Part shown: positions 33,314 to 43,135 of the stretch, one piece after another | Layout: each line of letters starts with the position of its first letter | Numbering within the stretch: the first letter of the stretch is position 1 | IMG/VR virus record: IMGVR_UViG_2855946969_000005 | Span: 1-64,000 of that record | Reading direction: 5' to 3' (one strand) | Length of the DNA stretch: 64,000 bases | From: a virus | Lineage: Duplodnaviria; Caudoviricetes | Made by a program: the position numbers and the translations under genes | Notes under the pieces: generated by a model | Database searches by the model: none | Seen by the model: only the letters and a program-made list of their open reading frames with translations | What the model was told of the DNA's origin: nothing

Positions 33314-36265
33314 CTAAGCATATCGGTTCTGGAACTGTCCGATCATATTGGAACGTTGTCGATTCTCAGCGCCAATTACCTGATCTGCTGCGGTCTTCGG
33401 CTCAGAGACGCCATTGACGGTCGTCGTGCGAGTTCCCTCATTGAATACTCGATTATCAATGATGGTCTTGCCTGCAGATGTTCCGCCGGCACCTAAAGGT
33501 GCAGTCTCGAACGCCGGCCGCCGCCGCCAATTGTCGACGGCATCGAGACGTGAAGGACCCTTGCCGAGAGACGTTTCAGCTTGGTCCATCCAAGCTCGCG
33601 GATAGGCGATCAGGGTTTGCTCAACCTTGCCGGCCGTGTCGAGCGCTACACGCTTCAGTCGATCAACGGCAGCATCGACCTCAGGCGAGGCCGCACTCTG
33701 CTTCCGCTCCAGGGAGGACTGAGGATCGACTAAGTTGCCATCCTTATCCCTCAACTCGAGATGAAGGTGCGGGCCTGTGGACCTACCGTCAGTGGGCCCA
33801 ATTTTTCCAATTTGTCCGCCACCCTTTACCGCGTCTCCATTTCGGACGCTCGGCACAATGTGACGATATGTCGAAGAAGACCCGTCCGGGTGCCGTACGG
33901 TTACATCGCCTTCGCGGTTAATCGACACGATGCCATCGCGCATCGCCTGCACATCTGTCCCCTCGGGGGCTGCCAAGTCGATGCCGTTGTGATGCTTCAT
34001 CTCGCCTGTTTTGGGATGACGGCGCATCCCGAACCGGGAGGAAAGCCGGCCCTGGCCGCCTAGAGGATGATGCCCTCTCTCAACGGCGCCGCCCTCCTCC
34101 GGCTTGCCCTTGACGATTGGGAGCCAGCCTCGTGCGTGCGCGCCCCGGTTGCCCTCCTCGCCGACCCCATACCGCTCAAACTCGCGGATTCCCTCCATCG
34201 CGTGGTCAAGGTCGCGCGGGTTGCGGAGGATCTTGCCAGCTTTCTCGGTCCGCCGGCTGTCGTAGAGCGGGTCGCCGGGCTTGGCATCGAGTTCTGCGAT
34301 GGCGCCCTTCGTCTGCCAGCGTGCGTCGTAGGGGTCGCCACCCTGGTCCTCAATCCACTTCTTGATCTTGGGCCAGCGGTTCTTGTCCCATTGGAACAGG
34401 CCGGTGTGGCCGCCCGCCACCTCGTTGCGCGCACGAGGGTTGAAGGTGCTTTCGGTCTGTGCAGAGCCGAGCATGGCGGCGATCGCCTCATCGGAGTACC
34501 CTGCGGCGCTCAACTCCTCCATCATAGCCCGCGCATTCCCATTCTGCGCGAGCTTACCGATTCGGCTTGTACCGCCCCCAGCCGGATCCCCACCGAGTCC
34601 GACCTTCTCCTTCACCCAACCGAGACCTCGGCTGACGATGTTGGGCCCGCGCGCAGCGTCCTGCGAAGTCTGCCCGTAGATCCGATCTGCGATGCCCGGA
34701 TCAAGCGTGCGGAGAATGCTCTCGTGCCATGACCGGGAGCCGGCGCCGCCGTCGAGGATCCCATTGTCGTTTGCCACCTTCGCCGCGACGCCGACGCCCA
34801 GGAGCGCGAGCATCCACCCCGGGGGACGCATGCTCCCGAGGGAGCCAAGGAGGCCGACGACCTTCCCGAGCGGGGCCAAAACCTTCGCCGTGAGCACCAC
34901 CGCGAACGCTGCGAACGCCACGGTCAAGCCGTCCTGCCCGGTCAACGCCTTCGCCGCGCGATCGAAACCTTCCCAGAGTGACTTGAGCGCCGCTAGTAAA
35001 TTCTCAACGGCCGGGGCCCATTTGTCCCAATCGACAAGATTGTCTGTCGAGCCCTCGCGCCACTTCTTATAATCGTCGTAGAGGACGACGATGGCCGCCG
35101 AGAGCGCCAACAGAGCTGCGACAGGCCCGCTCTTGAGGAAAAGCAGTGCCCCCGCAATCGCTGCCATTTGCAGAACGAAGGATCGCGTACCGGGATCGAG
35201 GCGCGTAAATGCCTCCACCAAATCCACAACACGCTTCGCGAGCCGAAGGAGCGTTTCCCCAATGTTGATTACGGATTTCGTAATCTGATCGGCGTTGTCG
35301 TGTAGGTACTTGGTGAATCGTTCGATCTGCGCAGAGAACTTGTCGAATACCGCGCCACCGATCCGGATTTTCAGGCCGTCGATAGCCGCGAACATGCGAC
35401 GCATCGCATTCTCGAACACGACCGCGCCAGCCGCAGCCTTGTCCGGATCGACGCCCATCTTGGCGAGACTGTCGTTGTATTCCTTGGTGAGCTTATCTAC
35501 TTCGTTGCTGCGAAGCATGCGAACGAGATCTTCATGCAGACCCATCGCATTGGCGAAGGAATTGGCCTGATGCCGCGGCTGCTCTGTAAAAGCACGCTTC
35601 AGTTCTTCGATAAGCTTTACAGTGCCGATGAGGTCGCCATTGGCATCCCGCGTCTGGACCCCAAGGTTTTTCAGCATCGTCTCATAGCCAGGGGAGTCGC
35701 GCATGTTCTTGGCGAGCGCTTCGACTGACTGAATTGCAGTCTCAGACGATACGCCCAACTGCTCCGCCGCATAGGCGAACGCCTTGAGATCTTTGACGCT
35801 GCTGTTCGTGCGCTTGCTCGTATAGTACGCACGCTCCAAGCCGGACGCGATATTGTCCACAGCCGCCGTAATACCGACCGCGGCGGCCTGGATAGCCGCC
35901 ACCATCGCCAAGGAGCCCTTGACGAAAGCCGCAGTGCGGTCTTCATGGGATTGCGCAGCGCGCTTGTTGGCTGTGGTCTCGGTCTCCCGAGCCTCCGCGC
36001 TCGCCTTCGCGGCTTTCGCTTCGGCCGCCTGCTGGCGCTTCAGGTCGGCGATGTGGGCGGCGGCCCCCTTCGTCCTGACGCCGCGCTCGCGGTTGGTCTC
36101 GATGATCCGCTTCGCCGCGCCCTGCACGGTCGCCTTCGTGGCGCGCGACTCTGCCACCTCGACAGCGGACGCCACCTCGTCCGGCGCCGCCTTCGCGCGC
36201 CGGACGCTGGCCTCATCGACCTTGAAGCCAAGGGCGTAAAAGAAGTCCTGAAGTATGTTGTTCAC
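33314..36265 (-). CDS. tape measure protein copy 1 with phage tail lysozyme and M23 peptidase domains
   Basis: Follows the tail chaperones. GYS.EAIAAMLG....ES.FNP.A....G..GLFQW...R, HNGID and TGPHLHLE. Confidence 0.85.
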   Translation of the reverse strand: MNNILQDFFYALGFKVDEASVRRAKAAPDEVASAVEVAESRATKATVQGAAKRIIETNRERGVRTKGAAAHIADLKRQQAAEAKAAKASAEARETETTANKRAAQSHEDRTAAFVKGSLAMVAAIQAAAVGITAAVDNIASGLERAYYTSKRTNSSVKDLKAFAYAAEQLGVSSETAIQSVEALAKNMRDSPGYETMLKNLGVQTRDANGDLIGTVKLIEELKRAFTEQPRHQANSFANAMGLHEDLVRMLRSNEVDKLTKEYNDSLAKMGVDPDKAAAGAVVFENAMRRMFAAIDGLKIRIGGAVFDKFSAQIERFTKYLHDNADQITKSVINIGETLLRLAKRVVDLVEAFTRLDPGTRSFVLQMAAIAGALLFLKSGPVAALLALSAAIVVLYDDYKKWREGSTDNLVDWDKWAPAVENLLAALKSLWEGFDRAAKALTGQDGLTVAFAAFAVVLTAKVLAPLGKVVGLLGSLGSMRPPGWMLALLGVGVAAKVANDNGILDGGAGSRSWHESILRTLDPGIADRIYGQTSQDAARGPNIVSRGLGWVKEKVGLGGDPAGGGTSRIGKLAQNGNARAMMEELSAAGYSDEAIAAMLGSAQTESTFNPRARNEVAGGHTGLFQWDKNRWPKIKKWIEDQGGDPYDARWQTKGAIAELDAKPGDPLYDSRRTEKAGKILRNPRDLDHAMEGIREFERYGVGEEGNRGAHARGWLPIVKGKPEEGGAVERGHHPLGGQGRLSSRFGMRRHPKTGEMKHHNGIDLAAPEGTDVQAMRDGIVSINREGDVTVRHPDGSSSTYRHIVPSVRNGDAVKGGGQIGKIGPTDGRSTGPHLHLELRDKDGNLVDPQSSLERKQSAASPEVDAAVDRLKRVALDTAGKVEQTLIAYPRAWMDQAETSLGKGPSRLDAVDNWRRRPAFETAPLGAGGTSAGKTIIDNRVFNEGTRTTTVNGVSEPKTAADQVIGAENRQRSNMIGQFQNRYA

Positions 36266-36282
36266 AAATAAGCCTCAGGATC

Positions 36283-36534
36283 TCAACGGCCGTTGTTCTT
36301 CTCTGCGGCTGCATTGGCGCGCGCTTGATTCTCCAAAGAGATATCAATCACCTCGTTCATGCGCGCGATGTCGCAGAGGTCGAAGGTCCCGTCGAATAGG
36401 CTCTCCGCTTTGCAGAGCCCTCGCTCAACGGGGCGCCACATCCACCCCTCTTCGTCGGGGAGGGCGACGGGGTCGAACTCTACGCCGCCGCTCTCCCGCC
36501 GATCGACGTGAAAGCGTTGCCGGGCCCAAAAGGG
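36283..36534 (-). CDS. tail assembly chaperone, second frame
   Basis: LPD...W..RPV..GLC..ESL.DG..DL.DIA.MN. Candidate -1 slip site CCCTTTT at 36534-36528. Confidence 0.65.
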   Translation of the reverse strand, partial: PFWARQRFHVDRRESGGVEFDPVALPDEEGWMWRPVERGLCKAESLFDGTFDLCDIARMNEVIDISLENQARANAAAEKNNGR

Positions 36535-36965
36535 CCGATGTTCTCCTGGATCACCTGCTGGGCGATCGCGAGCATCTCCAGGGCGGAGAGATCGTTGAAC
36601 ATCAGACCCGCGCCCTTGCGGTAGAGCAGGGACCACGTCGGCTGCGCCTCGCTGCCCTGACGGCGCGAGACCACCGCGAAGCACTTGTTGAGGACGTACT
36701 CCGAGTCCTCGTCCGACATCGCGCCGACCGCCTTGGCGATCGGGATGGCGATGGCGGCGAGGGTATCGGTGGAGGCCTCGGGCTTCGGGGCCTCGGCCCC
36801 CTCGTCCGAGCCATCGGCGGGCGCAACCTTGGCCTGCACGAGGCTCTGGCGGGCCTCCACCAGGGCCGCGACCACAGGCGTGAGACGGCGCAGCACGTGG
36901 AACTGGGTCATGCCGTCGAGCTTGCCCGAGCGGTAGGTGTGCGATCCGACGACGAACTCGGCCAT
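36480..36965 (-). CDS. tail assembly chaperone
   Basis: EF.VG...YR..KL....QFHV.RRL.P, positioned between tube and tape measure. Confidence 0.8.
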   Translation of the reverse strand: MAEFVVGSHTYRSGKLDGMTQFHVLRRLTPVVAALVEARQSLVQAKVAPADGSDEGAEAPKPEASTDTLAAIAIPIAKAVGAMSDEDSEYVLNKCFAVVSRRQGSEAQPTWSLLYRKGAGLMFNDLSALEMLAIAQQVIQENIGPFGPGNAFTSIGGRAAA

Positions 36966-36976
36966 GGGGTGCTTCC

Positions 36977-37444
36977 TCAGATCAGGGGCTGGTCGAGGCC
37001 GTTGACGCCGAGGTTCGGGTCAATGACGATGAAGTCGAGCATCCAGTCCAGAGCCGGGCCGGACTTGCTGTAGGAGTTCTTCGGCAGCTTCACGAAGGCG
37101 CCGCGCAGACAGGTGTAGAAATCACCGCTGGCCACGTTGCCGAGGGTCAGCGTGTTGCGCCCGTGGTAGACAGCGGTGTTGGTCGTCTGGAGCTTGTAGA
37201 GCTGCAGGAGCTTCGCGTTGACCGGGCTCACCTTCAGGAGGTGGATGGTCACGCGACCGGCGCGGGTGCCGTGCAGGTTGTGCTGCCCGGCGCCGCCGGC
37301 GCCGATGATCATGGAGGACTTGTCCTCCGTCATGTCGATCTCGATGCCCTCCTCCGCGGCCGCCGCGCTCTGCGCGCTGAGGTCGAGGGAGCCGAAGGGA
37401 CCGGCCAGGGTGCCGGTGAAATCGAGGAACGAGTACGCGGGCAT
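36977..37444 (-). CDS. tail tube protein (DUF3277-like)
   Basis: YSFLD, AEEGI, M.IGA.G.G.H.L, LLK.SP.NA.L. Confidence 0.8.
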   Translation of the reverse strand: MPAYSFLDFTGTLAGPFGSLDLSAQSAAAAEEGIEIDMTEDKSSMIIGAGGAGQHNLHGTRAGRVTIHLLKVSPVNAKLLQLYKLQTTNTAVYHGRNTLTLGNVASGDFYTCLRGAFVKLPKNSYSKSGPALDWMLDFIVIDPNLGVNGLDQPLI

Positions 37445-37521
37445 GAGCGCGCCTCCTCAGGAAGAACGGGAACGGGTCAGGGCGGGGGCGCGCCGCGGCG
37501 TGGGCGGCGCGCCGGTCGGGC

Positions 37522-39018
37522 TCAGCGGTTGACCGTGAGCAGCACGTCCACGTCGTGGACGGCGCCCGCGAGCTTCACGAGCACTTGGAACGGCACGGCG
37601 TGGCGCGCCTCGCGGTCGGCCTGGGCCTGATCCGCGACGAGGCCGTAGATCACCGCGAAGCCGGTCGCGAGCATGTCGCCGGTCTCGATGGTGCCGACCG
37701 GGTCGCCGTTCCACTGGCCGGGGGCGAGCAGGCCGTTGTTGACGCCGCGCTCGCAGGCCCGCGTGATCGCGTTGGCGATCCGCATCATGCCGGCGTCGGT
37801 CTGCGGGATCTTCGTGGTCGACTGCGCGAGTTCGTTGAACACCTCGGTCTGGATCTCGGAGACGAGCCAGTCGAGACCGTGCACCTCGTCGGCGAAGGTG
37901 CCGTCCGCCATCACGCCTTGCTGGATGATGGCGGTGTCGTTGGCGTACTGGACGAAGACGTTGACGTTCTTCGCCTTCAGCGTGTTCGCCTGGGTCTGCG
38001 TCAGACGCTCGGCCTTCACGCCCGGCTCGTTCTTGAACTTGAGCGTGATGGTGGAGCGGTTGGCCTTGAAGTTGACCGTGAACATCCGCCCGATCAGCGA
38101 ATTGATCGCGTGGATCGAGGAGGACGAATACTGCGAGAGGGTGCGGCGGTAGCCGAAGTCCTTCGCCACCGAGCCGAGATCGGTGTTGTTGGTCGGGTCC
38201 AGCACCGTGGTGTCGACGATGGTCGAGGCGAAGATGCGCGCGCGCTCCGAGCCCTCGATGTAGGCCGAGACCGCCATCTGGTCGTCGATCTCGGGGATGG
38301 CGTCGGTCGCCACCGTGAGGCCGTACCACTCGGACGAGGCGTCAGCGAGCGCGAGCACCGCGTCGATCAGCGCCTCGGCGGCGACGCCGGGCACCGCGAG
38401 CGCGCCCTGCGCGGCGTTCAGGCCGAACAGCGCGGCGACGTTCACGCCCGCGCTCGGCGCCACGGGGTAGAGCAGCACCGAGGCGGTGCCGGCGCTGGGC
38501 GCGGTGAGGATGAAGCGGCTCTGCACCGCGTCGAACTTCACCGTGGTGCCGGCGGCGAGCGCGGCGAGCGCCGACTGGAGAATGGAGGCGACGCCGTTGA
38601 TGTTGGTCGCGCTCGAGAAGTCGAGCCCGGTGACCTCGCGCAGCGTTCCGTTGATGGAGAGCTTCAGCGCGCCGGTCTTCACCGCGGTGAAGTTCGCGAG
38701 CGCGCGCTGGGTCGGGTTGAGGATCGTGCCGCGCAGGATGCCCGCCGCATCGGTGCGCACCCAGCGGCCGACGTAGAGCACCTTCGGGCGCGGTTTCTGG
38801 CTGAAGTAGAGGTTCGCCGCCGCGAACACGGGCGAGCTCGTGCCGTGGTCGAGGCCCACCGACAGGGAATCGGTGTAGGTGCGCAGGCGCTCCTGCTGGT
38901 CGATGGCGGGGCTGTCCGTGAGGGTGAGCAGCGTGCCGAAGTTGCCGGGCTGCGCCGCGATACGGGCGAGCGACAGCGTGACGTTGACGATGTTGGAGAC
39001 GGAGAGGGCCTGAACCAT
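37522..39018 (-). CDS. tail sheath protein (DUF3383-like)
   Basis: L.VS.IVNV, AA.LYFSQ.P.P, T.KFK.EPGV, DEVHGLDWL, KIPQTD.G, KLAGAVH. Confidence 0.9.
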   Translation of the reverse strand: MVQALSVSNIVNVTLSLARIAAQPGNFGTLLTLTDSPAIDQQERLRTYTDSLSVGLDHGTSSPVFAAANLYFSQKPRPKVLYVGRWVRTDAAGILRGTILNPTQRALANFTAVKTGALKLSINGTLREVTGLDFSSATNINGVASILQSALAALAAGTTVKFDAVQSRFILTAPSAGTASVLLYPVAPSAGVNVAALFGLNAAQGALAVPGVAAEALIDAVLALADASSEWYGLTVATDAIPEIDDQMAVSAYIEGSERARIFASTIVDTTVLDPTNNTDLGSVAKDFGYRRTLSQYSSSSIHAINSLIGRMFTVNFKANRSTITLKFKNEPGVKAERLTQTQANTLKAKNVNVFVQYANDTAIIQQGVMADGTFADEVHGLDWLVSEIQTEVFNELAQSTTKIPQTDAGMMRIANAITRACERGVNNGLLAPGQWNGDPVGTIETGDMLATGFAVIYGLVADQAQADREARHAVPFQVLVKLAGAVHDVDVLLTVNR

Positions 39019-39608
39019 CAGGGCTGCGCCTTCTGTGACGAAAAGGGGAGGGCCGCGTGGCCGGTCCGGACGACGCCGCTGGCGGCGACGAGGTTGAGGA
39101 CGCTGTATGTCCGGTCGATCTGGCGTCGGACGCGGAGCGACAGGTCGATGCGGCGCACCCACTGCCCGTTGGTGAGGGCGGGGGCCGCGATGGCCTTGCC
39201 GATGTCGGCAAGCGCCATGTTCGCGCGGTAGAGCGCCTCGCGGTTCTGGGGGATCGCGAGACCGTCACGCAGGCGCGCGGCGTAGCCCCAGGCGTTGGGG
39301 CCGTAGAACGAGACGAGGATCTCCACGCTCTCGTGCCGGCGCAGATGGTCCGAGCCGTCGCCCCGGCTGTCGTGGCGAACGTAGGCGTTGGCGTCGGGGG
39401 TCACCTCGGTGACGCCGAGCGCCGCCCAGTCCGCGTCCGCGGGCGGTTGCGGGGGCGGCTCGGCCTGCCAGCGCGGGCGAACCAGATCGCCGGGCAGTCC
39501 GGTGATGCCGGCGATCGCCGCCTGGATCTGATCCTCGAACGCGTCGTCCTGCGTCGGCTGCGGACCGACAGGCGCGAGGTATCCGCCGCTGGCGGATGTG
39601 TTGGCCAT
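39018..39608 (-). CDS. tail terminator/neck protein
   Basis: NTSA.GGYL, GITGLPG.LVRPRWQ, SFYGP. Confidence 0.75.
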   Translation of the reverse strand: MANTSASGGYLAPVGPQPTQDDAFEDQIQAAIAGITGLPGDLVRPRWQAEPPPQPPADADWAALGVTEVTPDANAYVRHDSRGDGSDHLRRHESVEILVSFYGPNAWGYAARLRDGLAIPQNREALYRANMALADIGKAIAAPALTNGQWVRRIDLSLRVRRQIDRTYSVLNLVAASGVVRTGHAALPFSSQKAQP

Positions 39609-39639
39609 CGGCGGTGTCTCGCGTCGGGGGAGGGGAGCG

Positions 39640-40026
39640 TCAGACCGGCTGGGCGGTCAGGTCGGTCAGCGTGCAGACGGCGGCGCAGAAGCCGGAGCCG
39701 TAGGGGCTGAAGTCGGACAGGGCCGAGACCGTGTAGAGCGCGCCGAGGTACTCGATCCGATCGGCCGCCGAGCGCTCGGTCTGCACCGAGAGCTTGGTGC
39801 GGGTGTAGACCGCGATGGCGCCGCTCGCCCGCGCGCCGTCCGGCAGCAGGTCGAGCATCGAGCCCGAGGCCGGCATTGCCACACCCTCCAGGGGCGTGCG
39901 CGCCGACGTGGTGCGGGTGCGCCCGTTCTCGCCGATCCCCTGCGCCCGGGTGAGCAGGAACAGCGTGCCGGGCTCGGCCGCGAAGTCGGGATCGTCGATG
40001 AGTTCGGAGGCGTCGAGGAGGGGCAT
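39640..40026 (-). CDS. head-tail adaptor/closure protein
   Basis: MPLLD.S.L..DPDF, YG.GF. Confidence 0.7.
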   Translation of the reverse strand: MPLLDASELIDDPDFAAEPGTLFLLTRAQGIGENGRTRTTSARTPLEGVAMPASGSMLDLLPDGARASGAIAVYTRTKLSVQTERSAADRIEYLGALYTVSALSDFSPYGSGFCAAVCTLTDLTAQPV

Positions 40027-40029
40027 CGG

Positions 40030-40584
40030 CTACTCCCCGCGCGGCCGGATGACGTAGGTGATGGAGTTCCGGAGTTGCCCGGTGTCGATCAGGGGCTTGG
40101 CGTTCGTGAGCGTCGGGGCCTCGCCCTTCGCTCGCGCCTTCAGTTCCTTGATCGCGCCCTTGCGCCCGCGGGCGGCGCGCGCCCGCAGCGTGCGCTCGGA
40201 CAGCGGCGGGGCGATGCCCTCGTTGATCTTGCCCCGGATGGCGTTCTGCGCCGCGAGTCCGGCCATGTGCTGCGCCCGGATCATGCCCGCCTCGTCGCCG
40301 ATCAGCGCCTGCTGACCCGCAAGAGCGTACGCCTTCGTGATGGCGCCCTCCCCCTCGGCGATCCCGGGCGCCATGAAGGGACGGGCCGGGATGTTCTGCT
40401 CCGGCATGCCGGTGTCGTGGATGTAGGCCAGCGCCGCGTTGTTCGGGCGCTCGCCTGTCTCCCCGGGCTCGGACGGGCGCTCGGCCTTCTCGGCCGGCAC
40501 GCCGACGAGCACGTCCGTGCGGGTCAGCGCGCGCACGTTCTTCAGCACCCCGGCGAGGCCGGGGCCCTTGGCCGTTACGGTCAC
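40030..40584 (-). CDS. neck/tail completion protein
   Basis: VLVGVP, NA.LAYIH..G.P..NIPARPF, KPLIDTGQLRNSITY. Confidence 0.75.
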   Translation of the reverse strand: MTVTAKGPGLAGVLKNVRALTRTDVLVGVPAEKAERPSEPGETGERPNNAALAYIHDTGMPEQNIPARPFMAPGIAEGEGAITKAYALAGQQALIGDEAGMIRAQHMAGLAAQNAIRGKINEGIAPPLSERTLRARAARGRKGAIKELKARAKGEAPTLTNAKPLIDTGQLRNSITYVIRPRGE

Positions 40585-40958
40585 AGTTGCGCCCCGCCCG
40601 CACCGAACATGCGCATCAGTTGATAGAACTGAACGCCGTAGGGGGTGGTGTTCCAGTTGCCTGCACCGGCGATCGTGCCCGCCCCCGTGTCGTAGCTCAC
40701 CGAGAGCTTGTCGATGGACTTCGACGCGACGACGCCAACGCTTGCCGCGCCGCCCTTCGCGGCAGCTTTCGCGCTCGCACGGCCCGAGACGAGCTTGTGC
40801 GCGGTGTAGAGGGCGAGGCCCTGGTCGAGGAGTTCGGCCCAGCGCCCGGGATCGAGTTGCAGCGACGCCTGCTTCAACCAGAAGTCGATCGCCGCGTCCG
40901 GGTAGATCGCGGCGTCACCGAACTCGGTGAAGAGGGCCCGGAAGGTGGGCCGGTCCAT
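40581..40958 (-). CDS. head-tail adaptor (DUF4054-like)
   Basis: FR..F.EF, L.TAH.L, SVSYD, WN.T.YG.QF. Confidence 0.8.
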   Translation of the reverse strand: MDRPTFRALFTEFGDAAIYPDAAIDFWLKQASLQLDPGRWAELLDQGLALYTAHKLVSGRASAKAAAKGGAASVGVVASKSIDKLSVSYDTGAGTIAGAGNWNTTPYGVQFYQLMRMFGAGGAQL

Positions 40959-40960
40959 CG

Positions 40961-41410
40961 TCAGGCGGCCCGACGGGCCTTGGACGGGGTGGGGTCGGTG
41001 GCCGGCTCGGCCGAGGGCGCCTCGGCGCTCGCAGCGGGCGTGCTGGCCTCGCTGATGAGCGCGTGGGCGGCCTCCAACTCACCGGTCAGGCGGGCGATCT
41101 CGGCCTTGGCCGCATCGCGCTCGGTGACCAGGGCATCGCGGGCGGCAACAGCCGCGTCACGCTCGGCCACGGCGGCGTCGCGCTCGCTGCCCGCATCCTT
41201 CAGGCTCTCGACCTGGCGGCGCAGCATGGCGAACTCGCCCGGATCCACGACGCCATCCGGCAACTCCTCTGGCTCGCCGCAGTGCAGCTTGGTGAACCAG
41301 TGATCGGCGTGCTCGTCCGGCACGTTGCGGTGGGTGCCGACCGAGTAGGGAACGCGCTCGCCGCCGGTGAGGGCCAGGACGAATGCCTTGATGACGTGGA
41401 TGGTCTTCAT
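40961..41410 (-). CDS. phage-associated protein downstream of the capsid gene
   Basis: V.KAF.L...G.H.V....ADHWF followed by a coiled coil. Confidence 0.6.
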   Translation of the reverse strand: MKTIHVIKAFVLALTGGERVPYSVGTHRNVPDEHADHWFTKLHCGEPEELPDGVVDPGEFAMLRRQVESLKDAGSERDAAVAERDAAVAARDALVTERDAAKAEIARLTGELEAAHALISEASTPAASAEAPSAEPATDPTPSKARRAA

Positions 41411-41561
41411 GTCGGGATCCCAGGAGGACGCAGGCTTGACGGGAGCGGCGCCCGCGACGGGCCGCTGGCAAAGGGACTAAGCGAATCGTGCGTCGGCAAA
41501 GGGCGCGAGAGGCGGGCACAGGGAACCCCATGCCCGCCGCCGCAAAGCGCGGCGCGACGGC

Positions 41562-42611
41562 TTACATGCCGTCGGCGTAGGCGACCGTCTCCGGGTACAC
41601 GAACTCCACGGCGCCGAGGCGGCCGTAGTAAGTCGTGATCTGGTAGAGGGAGCGGTACTCCAGCGGGGTGCGCTGCAGGGGCACCATCGGGAACCGCACG
41701 CGGTTCTTCTGCTGGGTGTAGGCCAGCATGCGGTCGGTGCCGCCGACGCCGCGGCCCGTGAGCCACTTCACCGGCTGGATGTCGAGCGGGCGACCGTTCT
41801 GGGCGTTCGCGATGCAGTTCTGCTTCACGTACTCCAGCACCGAGATGTTGCCGGCCTCGGAGACCTTGCGGCTCACGAGGTAGCTGAACTTCAGCGGCGC
41901 GAGCAGGAGCTTGCTCGGCACGACCGAGTAGCCGGTGGCGGTCCACGACGCGGTGAGCACGTCGTTGATGTCCGCCACGATCTCGTCGGCGGTCTTGTTG
42001 CGCCACAGCGGCGAGGCGGCGGCGCCGTTGGCCACGTTGGAGGCAGCGACCAGCGGCGAGTTGGCCAGACCGAACATGCCGAGCTCGGCATCGCCGATGT
42101 AGACCTGCTCGTCGATGTCCATGTCGTGCTTGATCGACAGGCCGGTGTACTTCTGCGCGTCGATCGGCCGGCCGGCGCGGATGGCCGACTCCAGCTCGGG
42201 CAGGGAGTATTTCAGCTCCTGCGCCCAGATCGGCAGCGGGTTGGCCGTCTTGCCGATGTCGAGCGCGATGCCGGCGATCTGGTTGGCGGCCTTCGAAGCC
42301 CAGGACTTGCCGCCCGGGGTGGTGCCGCCGACCGAGGCGAAGGTCGAGTTGGTGAAGCTCGACACCTCGTCGCCCATCGACACGTCCTCGCGGAGGTCGA
42401 TGTCACGACCCCAGGTCGTGGCGTAGAGCGGGGCGTGATCCTCCTGGTCGAGCCGCTCGAGCTCGCCGATGAGGAAGGCGCCGGTCGAGTCGATCGTCCG
42501 GCGGTCGTAGGTCTGGAAACCGCTGTCGAGCGTGCGGGCGCGGACCAGGGCGGGGGCGGCCAGGGTCAGGGCGGCGGCCGAGACGCCCACGATGTTGCGA
42601 GTGTGGAACAT
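41562..42611 (-). CDS. major capsid protein (DUF2184-like)
   Basis: DSTGAFL.GELERLD, TW.RDI.LREDV, GRPID.QK, Y.GRLG.VE.VYPET..Y.DG. Confidence 0.9.
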   Translation of the reverse strand: MFHTRNIVGVSAAALTLAAPALVRARTLDSGFQTYDRRTIDSTGAFLIGELERLDQEDHAPLYATTWGRDIDLREDVSMGDEVSSFTNSTFASVGGTTPGGKSWASKAANQIAGIALDIGKTANPLPIWAQELKYSLPELESAIRAGRPIDAQKYTGLSIKHDMDIDEQVYIGDAELGMFGLANSPLVAASNVANGAAASPLWRNKTADEIVADINDVLTASWTATGYSVVPSKLLLAPLKFSYLVSRKVSEAGNISVLEYVKQNCIANAQNGRPLDIQPVKWLTGRGVGGTDRMLAYTQQKNRVRFPMVPLQRTPLEYRSLYQITTYYGRLGAVEFVYPETVAYADGM

Positions 42612-42631
42612 GGAGGTCAGGTTCCCGGGGA

Positions 42632-43123
42632 TCAGATGTTGAACTCGAGCTCGGTCACGGCGCCGGCGTCGGCCGGACCCGCGAAGGTCGTGGTCGCGGG
42701 CAGCGCGATGGTGTTCGTGCTGTCGGCCGCGGCCTCGAAGCCGCCGATCGGCTTGCCAGCCGCCGGGGCGGCGATGCGCACGTAGACCGTGCCGCCCTTC
42801 ACTGCCGGGGCGGTGCCGCCGAGCAGGATCGAGATGCGACCGCGGCGCAGGACGTTGCAGTGGCCGGAGGTCGGCGGGACCGCGGCGCCCAGCGCGTTCT
42901 GCGAGGACTGCGTCGGGAAGGGGCGCACCAGCACGCCGGCGACGACGGCGGCGGTGTCACCCGCGCCGACCGGCACGAACTTGCCGGCGACGAACTTGCC
43001 GGGCAGGCCGTAGGCCGGGAACGGAGCGCTGCTGTCGTAGTTGCCCGGCGCGACGTCGGCGGACTCGGCGCGGGTCACGTCGCCGGGGATGCCGGCGGCC
43101 ATCCGGTAGAGGAAAGCGACCAT
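42632..43123 (-). CDS. capsid decoration/cement protein
   Basis: AFLYRM..GI.G, GVLVRPFP, GG.VYVR. Confidence 0.75.
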   Translation of the reverse strand: MVAFLYRMAAGIPGDVTRAESADVAPGNYDSSAPFPAYGLPGKFVAGKFVPVGAGDTAAVVAGVLVRPFPTQSSQNALGAAVPPTSGHCNVLRRGRISILLGGTAPAVKGGTVYVRIAAPAAGKPIGGFEAAADSTNTIALPATTTFAGPADAGAVTELEFNI

Positions 43124-43135
43124 GTCAGGGGGTCC

